64,000 nt of DNA from an uncultured Candidatus Saccharibacteria bacterium. GTDB lineage: Bacteria; Patescibacteriota; UBA1384; CAILIB01. The notes under the pieces were generated by a model. That model was not told the DNA's origin, did not search any database, and saw nothing but the letters and a program-made list of their open reading frames with translations. The stretch spans positions 169,929 to 233,928 of the forward strand of contig CAZQKK010000001.1 in assembly GCA_964593885.1 (NCBI GenBank), in the 5' to 3' direction. Positions 10,452-19,126 of the stretch are shown here, piece after piece (the first letter of the stretch is position 1; each line of letters opens with the position of its first letter). The position numbers and the translations under genes were made by a program.

Positions 10452-11027
10452 ATGCAACCATCAGTCCTCTCTAAGCTCCCGAAAACACTCCTCTCATGGT
10501 GGAAACACCTGAGAAAGAAACACCGCCTGGTGATCTATGCACTGATCATTGCCCTAGTAACCCTCAGTGCCCCGAGTGTGATTCGTAAGGCTACAGGAGT
10601 GCTCCCAAGAACTGCCGAGTTCTACTTCCTGGATACAGGCACAAGCCTAATTACTGGACAGAGTTTCCCGGTTGAGCTCAGGGTAAAAACTGGTGAAATG
10701 CCCATTAACGCCATGGGCTTCACCATGAAGTTTGACCCCAATAAGATTGAGGTTCAGCGCATGACCACCGACAAATCTTTCTGCACCTTGTTCACCGATA
10801 ACATCTTTGACAACCAGCGCGGCACCGTCACCGTTTCGTGTGGGAGGCCAACACCTGGATTTACCGGAGACTCAATTGCCACGAGGGTAACCTTTAGAGC
10901 CAAGGTACCGGGAACTGCCACCATCTCCATTGAAGAAAGCAGCAGCCTCCTTTTGGCAAATGACGGAAAAGGAAGTAACATTAGTAAGGAAACTCCCAAG
11001 CTAACTCTGTCTATTCAACAGTTCTAG
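10452..11027 (+). CDS. type II membrane-anchored cohesin-like module protein (paralog 1)
   Basis: Basic N-terminus plus one TM helix. The ectodomain ...FPVELRVKTGEMPINAMGFTMKFDPNKIEVQRM...RGTVTVSCGRPTPGFTGDSIATRVTFRAKVPGTATISIE resembles cohesin-type beta-sandwich modules. Confidence 0.6.
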   Translation: MQPSVLSKLPKTLLSWWKHLRKKHRLVIYALIIALVTLSAPSVIRKATGVLPRTAEFYFLDTGTSLITGQSFPVELRVKTGEMPINAMGFTMKFDPNKIEVQRMTTDKSFCTLFTDNIFDNQRGTVTVSCGRPTPGFTGDSIATRVTFRAKVPGTATISIEESSSLLLANDGKGSNISKETPKLTLSIQQF

Positions 11028-11032
11028 TAGCG

Positions 11033-12178
11033 ATGCCAACGACCGTCTCCCGCATTACCGCTCTCGTAGCTAGCATTGCTCTCGTCTTTTTGGTTATTGT
11101 CTCGCCTAAGGTGAGCCGGGTTAGCGCTGCTGCCGATATGGCGGTGAGTACCAACAACACCGTCTACAGCTACGGTGATGTTGTTACCGTCACCATTAGT
11201 GTGAACACTGGTGGACAGTCAGCAAATGCCTTCCAGGGAAAGTTTACCTACCCTGCCAGTCTGTTTGAAGGAGTAAGTGGATCATTTAGCGGCTCAATCT
11301 GTTCGCTCCCTATCCAGGTTCCAGAACCCGTGGGTGGTTCTGCAAACTTCTCATGTGGGAAACCTTCTGGTTTTAATGGCACAGGAACAGTGGCAAGGGT
11401 TACCCTCAGGGTTATTGCTCAAGGTAACGCTGCTCTCCGAATTGATAACTGTGAGGTACTTGCAAACGATGGTCTCGGGACAAACATTACCGGTGGCTGT
11501 TCAGATAAGAACGTCGAAACCCTCGGGCCAAGTCCAAGCCCAACTATTGACCCTAACTATGTCCCAAGTCCTACCCCTACCCCAAAACCAAAGAAGTCAC
11601 CTACCCCCACTCCTTCTCCTACCATCAAACCTTCAAGTAGTGTTACCATCGCTATTGGTGGTCAGGTAACCCCAACCCCAACCATTACCCCACCACCAGT
11701 TGCAGAGCTAGGCGCCACAGAAACTCCTGCCCCTACCGATGAAGCCACAGCAGAGCCCGAGCAAGACCCCCAGAAGCGAACGGTTGGACAGGCAATTCAA
11801 GACATCTTCAGTGCTGGAAGGAATATCGGGAAGCTCGGTGGTAACCTCACCGGGGTAGTTGCCCTCCTCATTGCCGTTGTACCTTTCCTAGCGCTACTCC
11901 TAGCCATTCTCTACCTCGCCTACAGGCTCTACATGATGGAGCGAAGACGTAAGCGAACCCTGGATAGGCTCTTCGAGATGGAGCTCGCTGAACTGGCAGC
12001 CCTTGAAGGAAAGCTAGATCTCCTGGGCGAGAAGGGATCAAAAGGCAAGGCACAGTACCAAGAAGAGTTCAAACGAGCAAAAGAGAACATCCTCAGACAG
12101 CTCAAACCAGACTTTGCCAAACCAGTTGACGGCCCAAAGAAGAGCAAAGAAGAACCAAAGGAAAGTGAGAAGAAGTAG
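11033..12178 (+). CDS. cohesin-like module protein (paralog 2) with P/T-rich linker, C-terminal TM anchor and K/E-rich cytoplasmic tail
   Basis: Signal peptide. Module VTVTISVNTGGQSANAFQGKFTYPASLFEGV...ANFSCGKPSGFNGTGTVARVTLRVIAQGNAALRI. PSPTPTPKPK linker. TM VVALLIAVVPFLALLLAILYLAY followed by RRRKR and a coiled-coil tail. Confidence 0.6.
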   Translation: MPTTVSRITALVASIALVFLVIVSPKVSRVSAAADMAVSTNNTVYSYGDVVTVTISVNTGGQSANAFQGKFTYPASLFEGVSGSFSGSICSLPIQVPEPVGGSANFSCGKPSGFNGTGTVARVTLRVIAQGNAALRIDNCEVLANDGLGTNITGGCSDKNVETLGPSPSPTIDPNYVPSPTPTPKPKKSPTPTPSPTIKPSSSVTIAIGGQVTPTPTITPPPVAELGATETPAPTDEATAEPEQDPQKRTVGQAIQDIFSAGRNIGKLGGNLTGVVALLIAVVPFLALLLAILYLAYRLYMMERRRKRTLDRLFEMELAELAALEGKLDLLGEKGSKGKAQYQEEFKRAKENILRQLKPDFAKPVDGPKKSKEEPKESEKK

Positions 12179-12180
12179 CC

Positions 12181-13389
12181 ATGAGCCCACTCAAAAAAAC
12201 ACCAGCGAGACGCACACCAAGGCCAGCCAGGGAAACTCCTCCACAGGCTGAGGTTGCTTTCGTTTCACAACCTGAGGGCTCTCCAGATAGCAGTTTCCGC
12301 CTCCTTGATGAGCTCAGGCGTGAGCTGGAGAAGGGTAACCACCTCAACGAGCTTCGCGCCGACATCACCCGCTTAGAGGGCGAGAAGCGAAACCTCGAGC
12401 AGCAGGTTAGACACCTCGAGAGTAGGCTCCAGGCACAGCACGGCCAAGCCTCGGCAACCCTTGAGGCACTCAAGAACACCATCCGTGGACAGGTGCAGAG
12501 CCTGGACCAGCAGCTCCAAGTTTTCTCCCTAGACACCTCCCATAGCATTGAAGGACTCCTGGCAGTCCTCCACAGCGCAAGCATCCCAAATCCAGACCTC
12601 AATACCATCCCGGTGCACCACCCAGGTATCCAGCCTGAAAGCGTTGTGAGGCCCACTGCCTATGCACCTACAGCAGTTACCCACACCATCACCCCGCCTA
12701 TCCAACCTGAGCCAGTAGAGACCTTCTTTGAGCCTCTCATTGCAGAGCCTGCCCACCAAACGCACGCTCCAAACCGAAGGTTTAGGAAGATTGCCATCAG
12801 AACCTTCTTCTCTCTCCTTGGTATTGGTCTCATTGGTGGCGGCTACCTTTTCCTTCGCCCAACTACCAAAATCTACCAGGATGGCGAAGTTGCTGGCGCT
12901 GCAACAGGTGCACAAGCAACCCCTGAGCCAAGCACAAGCCCAGACCCGTACGCTGCATCGTTTGCAGAGGTTCCCTTTGAGAAAACCGAATGGGAGCTGG
13001 TAACCGATGCAGACTTCGGCATCGCCGTGCAGTTCCCATCAAATGCCTCTACCAAGGTGAAGGTAATTGGAGGTAACAACCTCTGGTTTGTCAGGAAGAG
13101 CACCTACCTCATGCGCTTCAGTAGAATTGCCACCGATGAAACGCTCGAGCAATGGTGGACCAAGAATTCCTCAACCTACACCGACCAGACCAAGGCAACC
13201 AAGATTACCTACAAGGGCAAGCCAGCAATGTACCTAGAATCCCTCGAGAAAACGCCAACTTCTGGGAGTAGCTACATCATCAAGCACGCTGGCAACATCC
13301 TCACCGTTTGGGTGAAGGATGAGCCCACTACCACCGACGACGGCAAACGCATCTCAAAGATGGTTGAGAGCCTTACCTTTACCAACTAG
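12181..13389 (+). CDS. bitopic membrane protein: cytoplasmic coiled coil, P-rich segment, TM helix, extracytoplasmic domain
   Basis: Heptad-like N-terminus (LRRELEKGNHLNELRADITRLEGEKRNLEQQVRHLESRLQ). TM IAIRTFFSLLGIGLIGGGYLFL. About 190-aa C-terminal domain. Confidence 0.5.
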   Translation: MSPLKKTPARRTPRPARETPPQAEVAFVSQPEGSPDSSFRLLDELRRELEKGNHLNELRADITRLEGEKRNLEQQVRHLESRLQAQHGQASATLEALKNTIRGQVQSLDQQLQVFSLDTSHSIEGLLAVLHSASIPNPDLNTIPVHHPGIQPESVVRPTAYAPTAVTHTITPPIQPEPVETFFEPLIAEPAHQTHAPNRRFRKIAIRTFFSLLGIGLIGGGYLFLRPTTKIYQDGEVAGAATGAQATPEPSTSPDPYAASFAEVPFEKTEWELVTDADFGIAVQFPSNASTKVKVIGGNNLWFVRKSTYLMRFSRIATDETLEQWWTKNSSTYTDQTKATKITYKGKPAMYLESLEKTPTSGSSYIIKHAGNILTVWVKDEPTTTDDGKRISKMVESLTFTN

Positions 13390-13401
13390 CAGAAAGGGAA
13401 G

Positions 13402-14607
13402 ATGGGGGCACTTCTCACCGGCTGGATACCTTGGGTAACTACCCCTCTCGCACTCTTTGCGGGGGCAGTTTTCCTGTACCTTAGCTGGTGCTCAGTTACC
13501 CACTGGTTAGCAAAGCGACAGCTCTTCCACCTGCTGCTCGCGGTACTCCTCCTTACCGCCGCTCCCCTCATATCTCTCACCATCTACATGAGCAACTGGG
13601 GCACCTTGCTTGGAATAGGGGTAGTGGGCTTTGCCAGTTTTGCCGTGAGAGATCTCATTGCAGCCAAGACAACCTACCACATCAGTTTTGTGAGAGGTCT
13701 CATCATTACAGCAGCCGTATGGATTGGACTCACCAGTCTCTTTTCGTACCAGCAGTACCAGAACTACCTCCTTCGGACCGATGAGAGGCTGAGTACCGCA
13801 ATAGAGGTGGTGAGTTCCCGTGAGCAGAAGGCTCGTGAGTTAGCTGCCAAGCTGAGTCAGGAAGACTTTGTCCTCCGCCTTGCACAAGGAGGATCACAAG
13901 CTGCTGCCATCACCGAGCTCCAGCGGTACATGGTGAGCAACCAACTCCAATTTGTTACCGTGGCTTCCACCCAGGGAACTGTACTGCTGAGAGCGCAGGA
14001 ATCAACACGGAGTGGTGATAACATCCTCGACTTCTCACCATGGGTACTCCCCGCCCTCGGCGGTGAAGTGGTGAGTGGAAAAGCTTACGATGAGCGAGGG
14101 CTGCCTACGGTTTCCGCAGCCGTTCCTGTTAGACGCGACACCGTCCCTGTAGGAGTAGTAATCCTTGGCTTCAACCTCAACCAGAACTTCGCCAGCGACA
14201 TCAGGAACCTTGGCCCTGGAGGAGTGGCCATTGGAACCGTTAGGGGTGTTAAGAGCCACAGTACTGGGAGCACCATAGAGAGTACCATTTACAGCTCGGC
14301 GGCTCTGGATGAAATTGTCAGGAAAGAGCTTGCCACTGTTGTCCAGGGTAAGAAACGTGAGAGCTTCAGCGCCCGACTCTACCTTGATAACGAGCCACAC
14401 TTGGTAAAAGCCACGGTACTGAGCACCCTAGTAACCAGCCAGCCAGTTGCAATCATTACCCTTGAAGTAGACAACAAGCTTCCCGTTAACCCGTACGCGC
14501 TCTCCCTCGTGATTATCATCCTGGGCACCGTACTCTTCAACCTCAAGATCTTCATCTCATTTGCTTCACAGCTCCCAACCATTACCCCAAGGAGGCGCCG
14601 TGGATAG
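13402..14607 (+). CDS. polytopic membrane protein with large extracytoplasmic domain (sensor-like)
   Basis: Four to five N-terminal TM helices, a domain of about 270 aa, and a C-terminal TM (LSLVIIILGTVLFNL). Confidence 0.5.
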   Translation: MGALLTGWIPWVTTPLALFAGAVFLYLSWCSVTHWLAKRQLFHLLLAVLLLTAAPLISLTIYMSNWGTLLGIGVVGFASFAVRDLIAAKTTYHISFVRGLIITAAVWIGLTSLFSYQQYQNYLLRTDERLSTAIEVVSSREQKARELAAKLSQEDFVLRLAQGGSQAAAITELQRYMVSNQLQFVTVASTQGTVLLRAQESTRSGDNILDFSPWVLPALGGEVVSGKAYDERGLPTVSAAVPVRRDTVPVGVVILGFNLNQNFASDIRNLGPGGVAIGTVRGVKSHSTGSTIESTIYSSAALDEIVRKELATVVQGKKRESFSARLYLDNEPHLVKATVLSTLVTSQPVAIITLEVDNKLPVNPYALSLVIIILGTVLFNLKIFISFASQLPTITPRRRRG

Positions 14608-15433
14608 GCTACGCACCATTACCACCCTCAGTTTCTTGCTCATTGGGGCCTTAGGGCTTCCCTACCTTGCTGAGCACAAAGATACCACCCTTAGCGTCGC
14701 AAGCACTGCTACGGTTGATCCTAAGCAGGCTGGGCGAACTGCCATCCTCTCACTGTTGCCACCTGTAGGTAAGCTAAACCCTACTAGCAACCAGAGCATC
14801 GCGGTGAAAATAGATACCGGTGGTAGCCTCGTCAAAGAAGTTGCCTTCAAAATCAGTTTCCCACCCGACCACGTAAAGGTTACCGATGTTTCTTTCGGTG
14901 ATTCATTCTGTACCATCTCACCTGTCTACAGCATCAATAACACGCTTGGGACGGTGACCCTCAGCTGCAAGTCAAATAGCCCTGGCCTCCTGGGTCAGCT
15001 TGGCACCGTTGCCACCCTCATCACTACCCCACTCCAGGCTGGCGGGGCAGCGTTCCAGTTTGACCAAACCGCTTCATCGGTAACCGCCCGGGTGAGCGAG
15101 AAAGATGTGCTCTCGTACGCAGTTGATAGAATTGTCACGTACGGAGACAGCCCTGATGACCACATTGTCGTAACCTCGGTAAGCCACCCAACAGGTAGCA
15201 GCTGCTCGTACAAATCCACCGCTGAGCTCGCCTGGCTCAAGCGAGAAGGTACCACCACCTTTGAGTACGGCTGGAACGAAGACCCTGCTGCTGAACCTGG
15301 TACCAGCACCACCTCAACAAGCATCTCTCTCCCAACAAAACCTGGGACCACCCAGTTCTTTACCGTGAGGAGCATTGGTGAGAAAGGGGTAAAGGGCAAG
15401 ATCACTAGCTACAGGGTAGTCAGTTGCCGCTAA
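14600..15433 (+). CDS. secreted cohesin-like module protein (paralog 3). The ORF-track ATG lies at 14561, and the GTG at 14600 reduces overlap with the upstream gene.
   Basis: Signal-like N-terminus LRTITTLSFLLIGALGLPYLA. Module SIAVKIDTGGSLVKEVAFKISFPPDHVKVTDVSFGDSFCTISP...LGTVTLSCKSNSPGLLGQLGTVATLIT. Confidence 0.55.
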   Translation: MDRLRTITTLSFLLIGALGLPYLAEHKDTTLSVASTATVDPKQAGRTAILSLLPPVGKLNPTSNQSIAVKIDTGGSLVKEVAFKISFPPDHVKVTDVSFGDSFCTISPVYSINNTLGTVTLSCKSNSPGLLGQLGTVATLITTPLQAGGAAFQFDQTASSVTARVSEKDVLSYAVDRIVTYGDSPDDHIVVTSVSHPTGSSCSYKSTAELAWLKREGTTTFEYGWNEDPAAEPGTSTTSTSISLPTKPGTTQFFTVRSIGEKGVKGKITSYRVVSCR

Positions 15434-15478
15434 ATCTGGTATCGTCACAGGTGTGATTTTGGTAACTCTCGTAGGAAT

Positions 15479-15553
15479 GGCAGGGTAGCTCAGGGGTAGA
15501 GCAGGAGACTCATAAGCTCTTGGTCGCGGGTTCAATTCCCGCCCCTGCCACCA
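15479..15553 (+). tRNA. tRNA with CAT anticodon, closest by eye to tRNA-Ile2 (lysidine, k2CAU) rather than elongator Met
   Basis: 75-nt cloverleaf: acceptor GGCAGGG/CCCTGCC, T-arm GCGGG-TTCAATT-CCCGC, anticodon loop CTCATAA, 3' CCA encoded. Anticodon arm and body are nearly identical to the E. coli ileX pattern (GAGCAGGNGACTCATAA...TTGGTCGC). Confidence 0.8.
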
Positions 15554-15556
15554 ATA

Positions 15557-15590
15557 TAAAAAGGCATACGAACGTATGCCTTTTTATATT
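15557..15590. terminator. bidirectional intrinsic terminator
   Basis: Stem aaaaaggcatacg / loop aa / stem cgtatgccttttt, flanked by an A-tract and a T-tract. Convergent genes end on both sides. Confidence 0.6.
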
Positions 15591-15634
15591 GCGCTAAAGA
15601 GGAAGGGAATTGAACGAGGAAAGGGTCGGAAAAC

Positions 15635-16105
15635 CTACGCTGCTGCAAGCTGCTGTCTCACCCGCCGGTGCTGCTCTCGCTCATGCAGCTTCTCTAGCTG
15701 GTAGCGCTCCAGGTGTTCACCACCAGGCATATCCTTGCTCACCTCAACACCATCGCCGCCTTTTTCAAGTGAGTGGTAGGAAATAATCATCGCTCCTACC
15801 CAGAATGGGTTCTGGAGAAGGGTGAGAAACTGAGAGCTCACACTCCCACCAAGCGTTTGTTGGAGTGCCTGGAGTTTCTCAGCACTCAAGACCCCCTGCT
15901 TCCCACTTGCTAGACCAGTGAGCACCACGTCCTCTTGGTTGCGCGCTTCTGTCTCGCTCTCATTCCAGGCATCAACCATCTTGAGAAAGTCCTTTCGCCA
16001 GGAGAGGTATTCTTCAAGAGGATCAGTCTCAGCTTCTTGGTAGTACGGCTCAGGCTCCGCGGCTGATTCGTATCGCTCTACAGAAAGCGTAAGGAACTCA
16101 CTCAC
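15635..16105 (-). CDS. hypothetical acidic protein
   Basis: ORF of 156 aa with no recognisable motifs. It is terminated by the bidirectional terminator. Confidence 0.4.
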   Translation of the reverse strand: MSEFLTLSVERYESAAEPEPYYQEAETDPLEEYLSWRKDFLKMVDAWNESETEARNQEDVVLTGLASGKQGVLSAEKLQALQQTLGGSVSSQFLTLLQNPFWVGAMIISYHSLEKGGDGVEVSKDMPGGEHLERYQLEKLHEREQHRRVRQQLAAA

Positions 16106-16147
16106 CTGGTATACTGACGGTACATCATACGTCTAGCATACCTCACC

Positions 16148-16642
16148 ATGCAGATTGCTGTCTTCTCAGACACCCACGACAACCTTGAAACCACTAAAGC
16201 TGCACTGGAAATGGTGAAGTCTCGTGGCATCACCCAAGGTATCCACCTGGGCGATTTTACCTCTCCTCCTACCATCATGCTCCTCGCAGAGTCGGGGCTT
16301 ACCTGGACGTGCGTCTGGGGAAACTGTGACGGCGACAAGTTGCTTGCCTACCGCAGAACTGAAGCTCTCGGCACCATGGACTTTGCCAACGGCGACTTTA
16401 GGGAGCACGAAGTTGAAGGTAAGAAACTCTTCCTCACCCACTACCCAGAGATTGCACGTATCGCTGCACTTTCCGGACAGTTTGATGCGGTATTCCACGG
16501 CCACAACCACCAGGCCTCAACTGAAACCATTGGGAAAACCCTCCTCGCAAACCCTGGTGAGCTCACGGGAATAAGGTTTGGGAAGCCAAGTTTTGGCATC
16601 TATAATCCCGCTGAAAACAGCCTAGAAACAATCTGGCTGTAG
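16148..16642 (+). CDS. metallophosphoesterase, YfcE/MJ0936-like
   Basis: Motifs VFSDTHDN, GDFTSP, GNCDGD and HGHNH are spaced as in calcineurin-like phosphoesterases. Confidence 0.8.
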   Translation: MQIAVFSDTHDNLETTKAALEMVKSRGITQGIHLGDFTSPPTIMLLAESGLTWTCVWGNCDGDKLLAYRRTEALGTMDFANGDFREHEVEGKKLFLTHYPEIARIAALSGQFDAVFHGHNHQASTETIGKTLLANPGELTGIRFGKPSFGIYNPAENSLETIWL

Positions 16643-16683
16643 CAAGGCTTCCCACAGCCTCAATAATCATCTATTGTGCGAAT

Positions 16684-17811
16684 ATGAGCACAGGATTTCG
16701 TGGCTTTTTTCGTATTCTCTGGCTAGGCTCCCTCTACAGCTTCGCCCTCATTGGTTTTGTCCTAACCAGTGGCTTTGTTGCGGTTAAGTTTGGCTGGAGC
16801 AACACAGCCGGAACTGTTGATACCGAGACCGAGACCTTCAATGAAACTGCCACAAAGGTTGCAAACCTTGCCAGCGCTGCAACGCCTGATGTTGTCGTAC
16901 TTGAAGACCAGCAGAATCCCACCGAGAAGCACGAGCTCTGTAAGGTAGCGATTATTGGAAAGGTTTCTGGTAAAACTGCCCACACCATCGCAACCACCTA
17001 CCAAACCCAAAACAGCCTCCCCCTCCTCATCAACATGGTGCAGGCTGCAGTCTTCAGGATGCCTGAGGATCGGCAGGCTACGCTTCGCTCGTGCGAGACC
17101 AGCACTGAACCTGTGGTACTTTCTGAACTCGTCTCAAGCCTGAACCCAGAAGGGCCATCCATCTTCGCGTGGCAGAACAGCACCCAGTGGCAGACTATCG
17201 AGAAGGCCATCCTCAAGGATGCCAAGGTTATTGCTTCTGCAGCATCCACCGCAGAGGTAAGCGAGAGATCTGTCTTGAGCGTCTGCCTCGTTGAGCAGCT
17301 GAGGCTCTACTTCACCCAGCGAGAGCTCTTTGAGAAGGTGTTTGCTCCCCTCTCCATTCTCAGTAGTGCTACCAAGAACGCTTGGGGAGTGATGGCCATC
17401 AAAGAAGAGACTGCTATCGCCACCGAAGAGCACCTCAAGGACACAAGCTCACCTTTCTACCTTGGGAGCGATAAAGCCAACCTCCTCAACTTCAGCACCC
17501 AAGATGTTGCCAGTGAAAGGTACAACCGCCTGACCAACGGGAGAGACCACAAGTACTCCTACCTCTACGGCTCGCTTTTCATTGCCCAACTACAAGCCCA
17601 GTGGGAGCGAGCTGGCCACCCTATTGCTAACCGCCCCGAGATCATGGCTACCCTCTTCAACCTAGGGTTCAAGAAGTCTAAACCAAAGGCTGACCCACAG
17701 GTTGGCGGTGCTGCTCTCACCATTGCCGATACCCAGTACAGTTTTGGCGGCCTCGCGTACGAGATCTACTACTCCGGAGTTCTCCAAGATACCTTCGCCT
17801 TTGACAAGTAG
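16684..17811 (+). CDS. hypothetical membrane-anchored protein
   Basis: N-terminal TM (ILWLGSLYSFALIGFVLTSGFVAV). No confident domain call. Confidence 0.45.
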   Translation: MSTGFRGFFRILWLGSLYSFALIGFVLTSGFVAVKFGWSNTAGTVDTETETFNETATKVANLASAATPDVVVLEDQQNPTEKHELCKVAIIGKVSGKTAHTIATTYQTQNSLPLLINMVQAAVFRMPEDRQATLRSCETSTEPVVLSELVSSLNPEGPSIFAWQNSTQWQTIEKAILKDAKVIASAASTAEVSERSVLSVCLVEQLRLYFTQRELFEKVFAPLSILSSATKNAWGVMAIKEETAIATEEHLKDTSSPFYLGSDKANLLNFSTQDVASERYNRLTNGRDHKYSYLYGSLFIAQLQAQWERAGHPIANRPEIMATLFNLGFKKSKPKADPQVGGAALTIADTQYSFGGLAYEIYYSGVLQDTFAFDK

Positions 17812-17812
17812 G

Positions 17813-19126
17813 CTACTTGAGCGAAAGTACCTCAGCCCTCGCCATGAAATCAATGATGGCAGGGTCAACGATAATGTGACGCGGACTGATAGGAGACTTG
17901 AGGTAGAGCCCCTCTAGGGTGGTACACCTACTGAGTGCCACGTACGTTTGCCCGTGGGCGAAGGCACCCTGACTGAGGTCTACAAACACCGCCTCGTACG
18001 TTTTCCCCTGAGACTTGTGCACGGTAATTGCCCAGGCGAGCCGCATGGGAACTTGGGTAAATGAGCTTGCCACATCTGCCTCAATAGTTTCATCTTCACG
18101 GTTGTACGAGTACCTCACCGTCTCCCAGGTTTCCCTGGGGATGAGGTGTTTTTTGCCATCAATGGTAACACCAACCTCGGTGTCGTTGAGCGCTGTAACC
18201 ACCCCAATTGAACCGTTCACCCAACGCTTCTCACGGTCATTCTTGAGGAGCATCACCTGAGATCCAACCTTGAGCTGGAGCACCGCCTCGGTGGGAAAGG
18301 CACTCTCCTGGAGAGCACCGGTTACCTTTGCGGTGTAGGTTTTGTGTTCCCCATGGAGGAGATTGAGCTTCTCGTGGTTGGTGCGCGAGACCACCGCGTT
18401 AGTACCGGCCAAGGTGACAAAGCTATCCTCAGGGAGCGGGACCCCCACCCGGGTGTTGAGCGTTTCGATAATCTCTTCGGTGATATCACCCTTCCTAATG
18501 GCGTTGAGAATGCGCCTGAAAGCTTCATCTTTCTGACGGAACATCGTGTTGAGCTCAAAGATACGAAGGTCTAGCCTCCGACAAGCCGGGGCATTAAAGA
18601 AGTAGATCCCCTCGTAGGTTTCGTAGAGGTACTGCGAAAGCGACTGATCAGTGACAATGGGAGGAAGCTGGTAGAGGTCGCCAAAGAAAATCATCTGCAC
18701 CCCACCAAACGGGAGGTGGGAGCCCCGGGCTAGCTGGAGCTTCCAGCTAATTGCCTCCATGAGGTCGGCGCGCACCATGGAAACCTCATCGATCACCACC
18801 ACATCTACATTCTTGAGGAGAGTACGAGTCTTATCATCTACCGTGATGTCTGCTTGGCGAAGAAGCGTAGGTGCCAGCTTGAAGAATGAGTGAATGGTTT
18901 GGCCACCAACGTTCATCGCAGCAACACCGGTTGGAGCAACTACCACCGTACGCTTCTTGGTTGTAGCGATGAAGTACTGGAGGAGGAGCGATTTCCCCGT
19001 CCCTGCTTTTCCGGTGATGAACATGGAGTCATTACCCTCTTCAATGTACTCAAGTACCTTCCGCTGCTCATCACTGAGTGTTACGTTGGTGAGGTCTGTG
19101 CTGGATGATGCTCTTCGTTTTGCCAC
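17813..19126 (-). CDS. Pif1/RecD-like superfamily-1 DNA helicase
   Basis: Walker A GKAGTGKS, Walker B VVIDEVSM, and C-terminal motif TVHKSQG. A 437-aa compact Pif1-type architecture. Confidence 0.8.
   Translation of the reverse strand: MAKRRASSSTDLTNVTLSDEQRKVLEYIEEGNDSMFITGKAGTGKSLLLQYFIATTKKRTVVVAPTGVAAMNVGGQTIHSFFKLAPTLLRQADITVDDKTRTLLKNVDVVVIDEVSMVRADLMEAISWKLQLARGSHLPFGGVQMIFFGDLYQLPPIVTDQSLSQYLYETYEGIYFFNAPACRRLDLRIFELNTMFRQKDEAFRRILNAIRKGDITEEIIETLNTRVGVPLPEDSFVTLAGTNAVVSRTNHEKLNLLHGEHKTYTAKVTGALQESAFPTEAVLQLKVGSQVMLLKNDREKRWVNGSIGVVTALNDTEVGVTIDGKKHLIPRETWETVRYSYNREDETIEADVASSFTQVPMRLAWAITVHKSQGKTYEAVFVDLSQGAFAHGQTYVALSRCTTLEGLYLKSPISPRHIIVDPAIIDFMARAEVLSLK

Noticed and set aside
12102-12915. 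Minus-strand ORFs of 184 aa and 128 aa
   Set aside because: Antisense to the tightly packed plus-strand operon, with Cys/Trp/Arg-rich translations.
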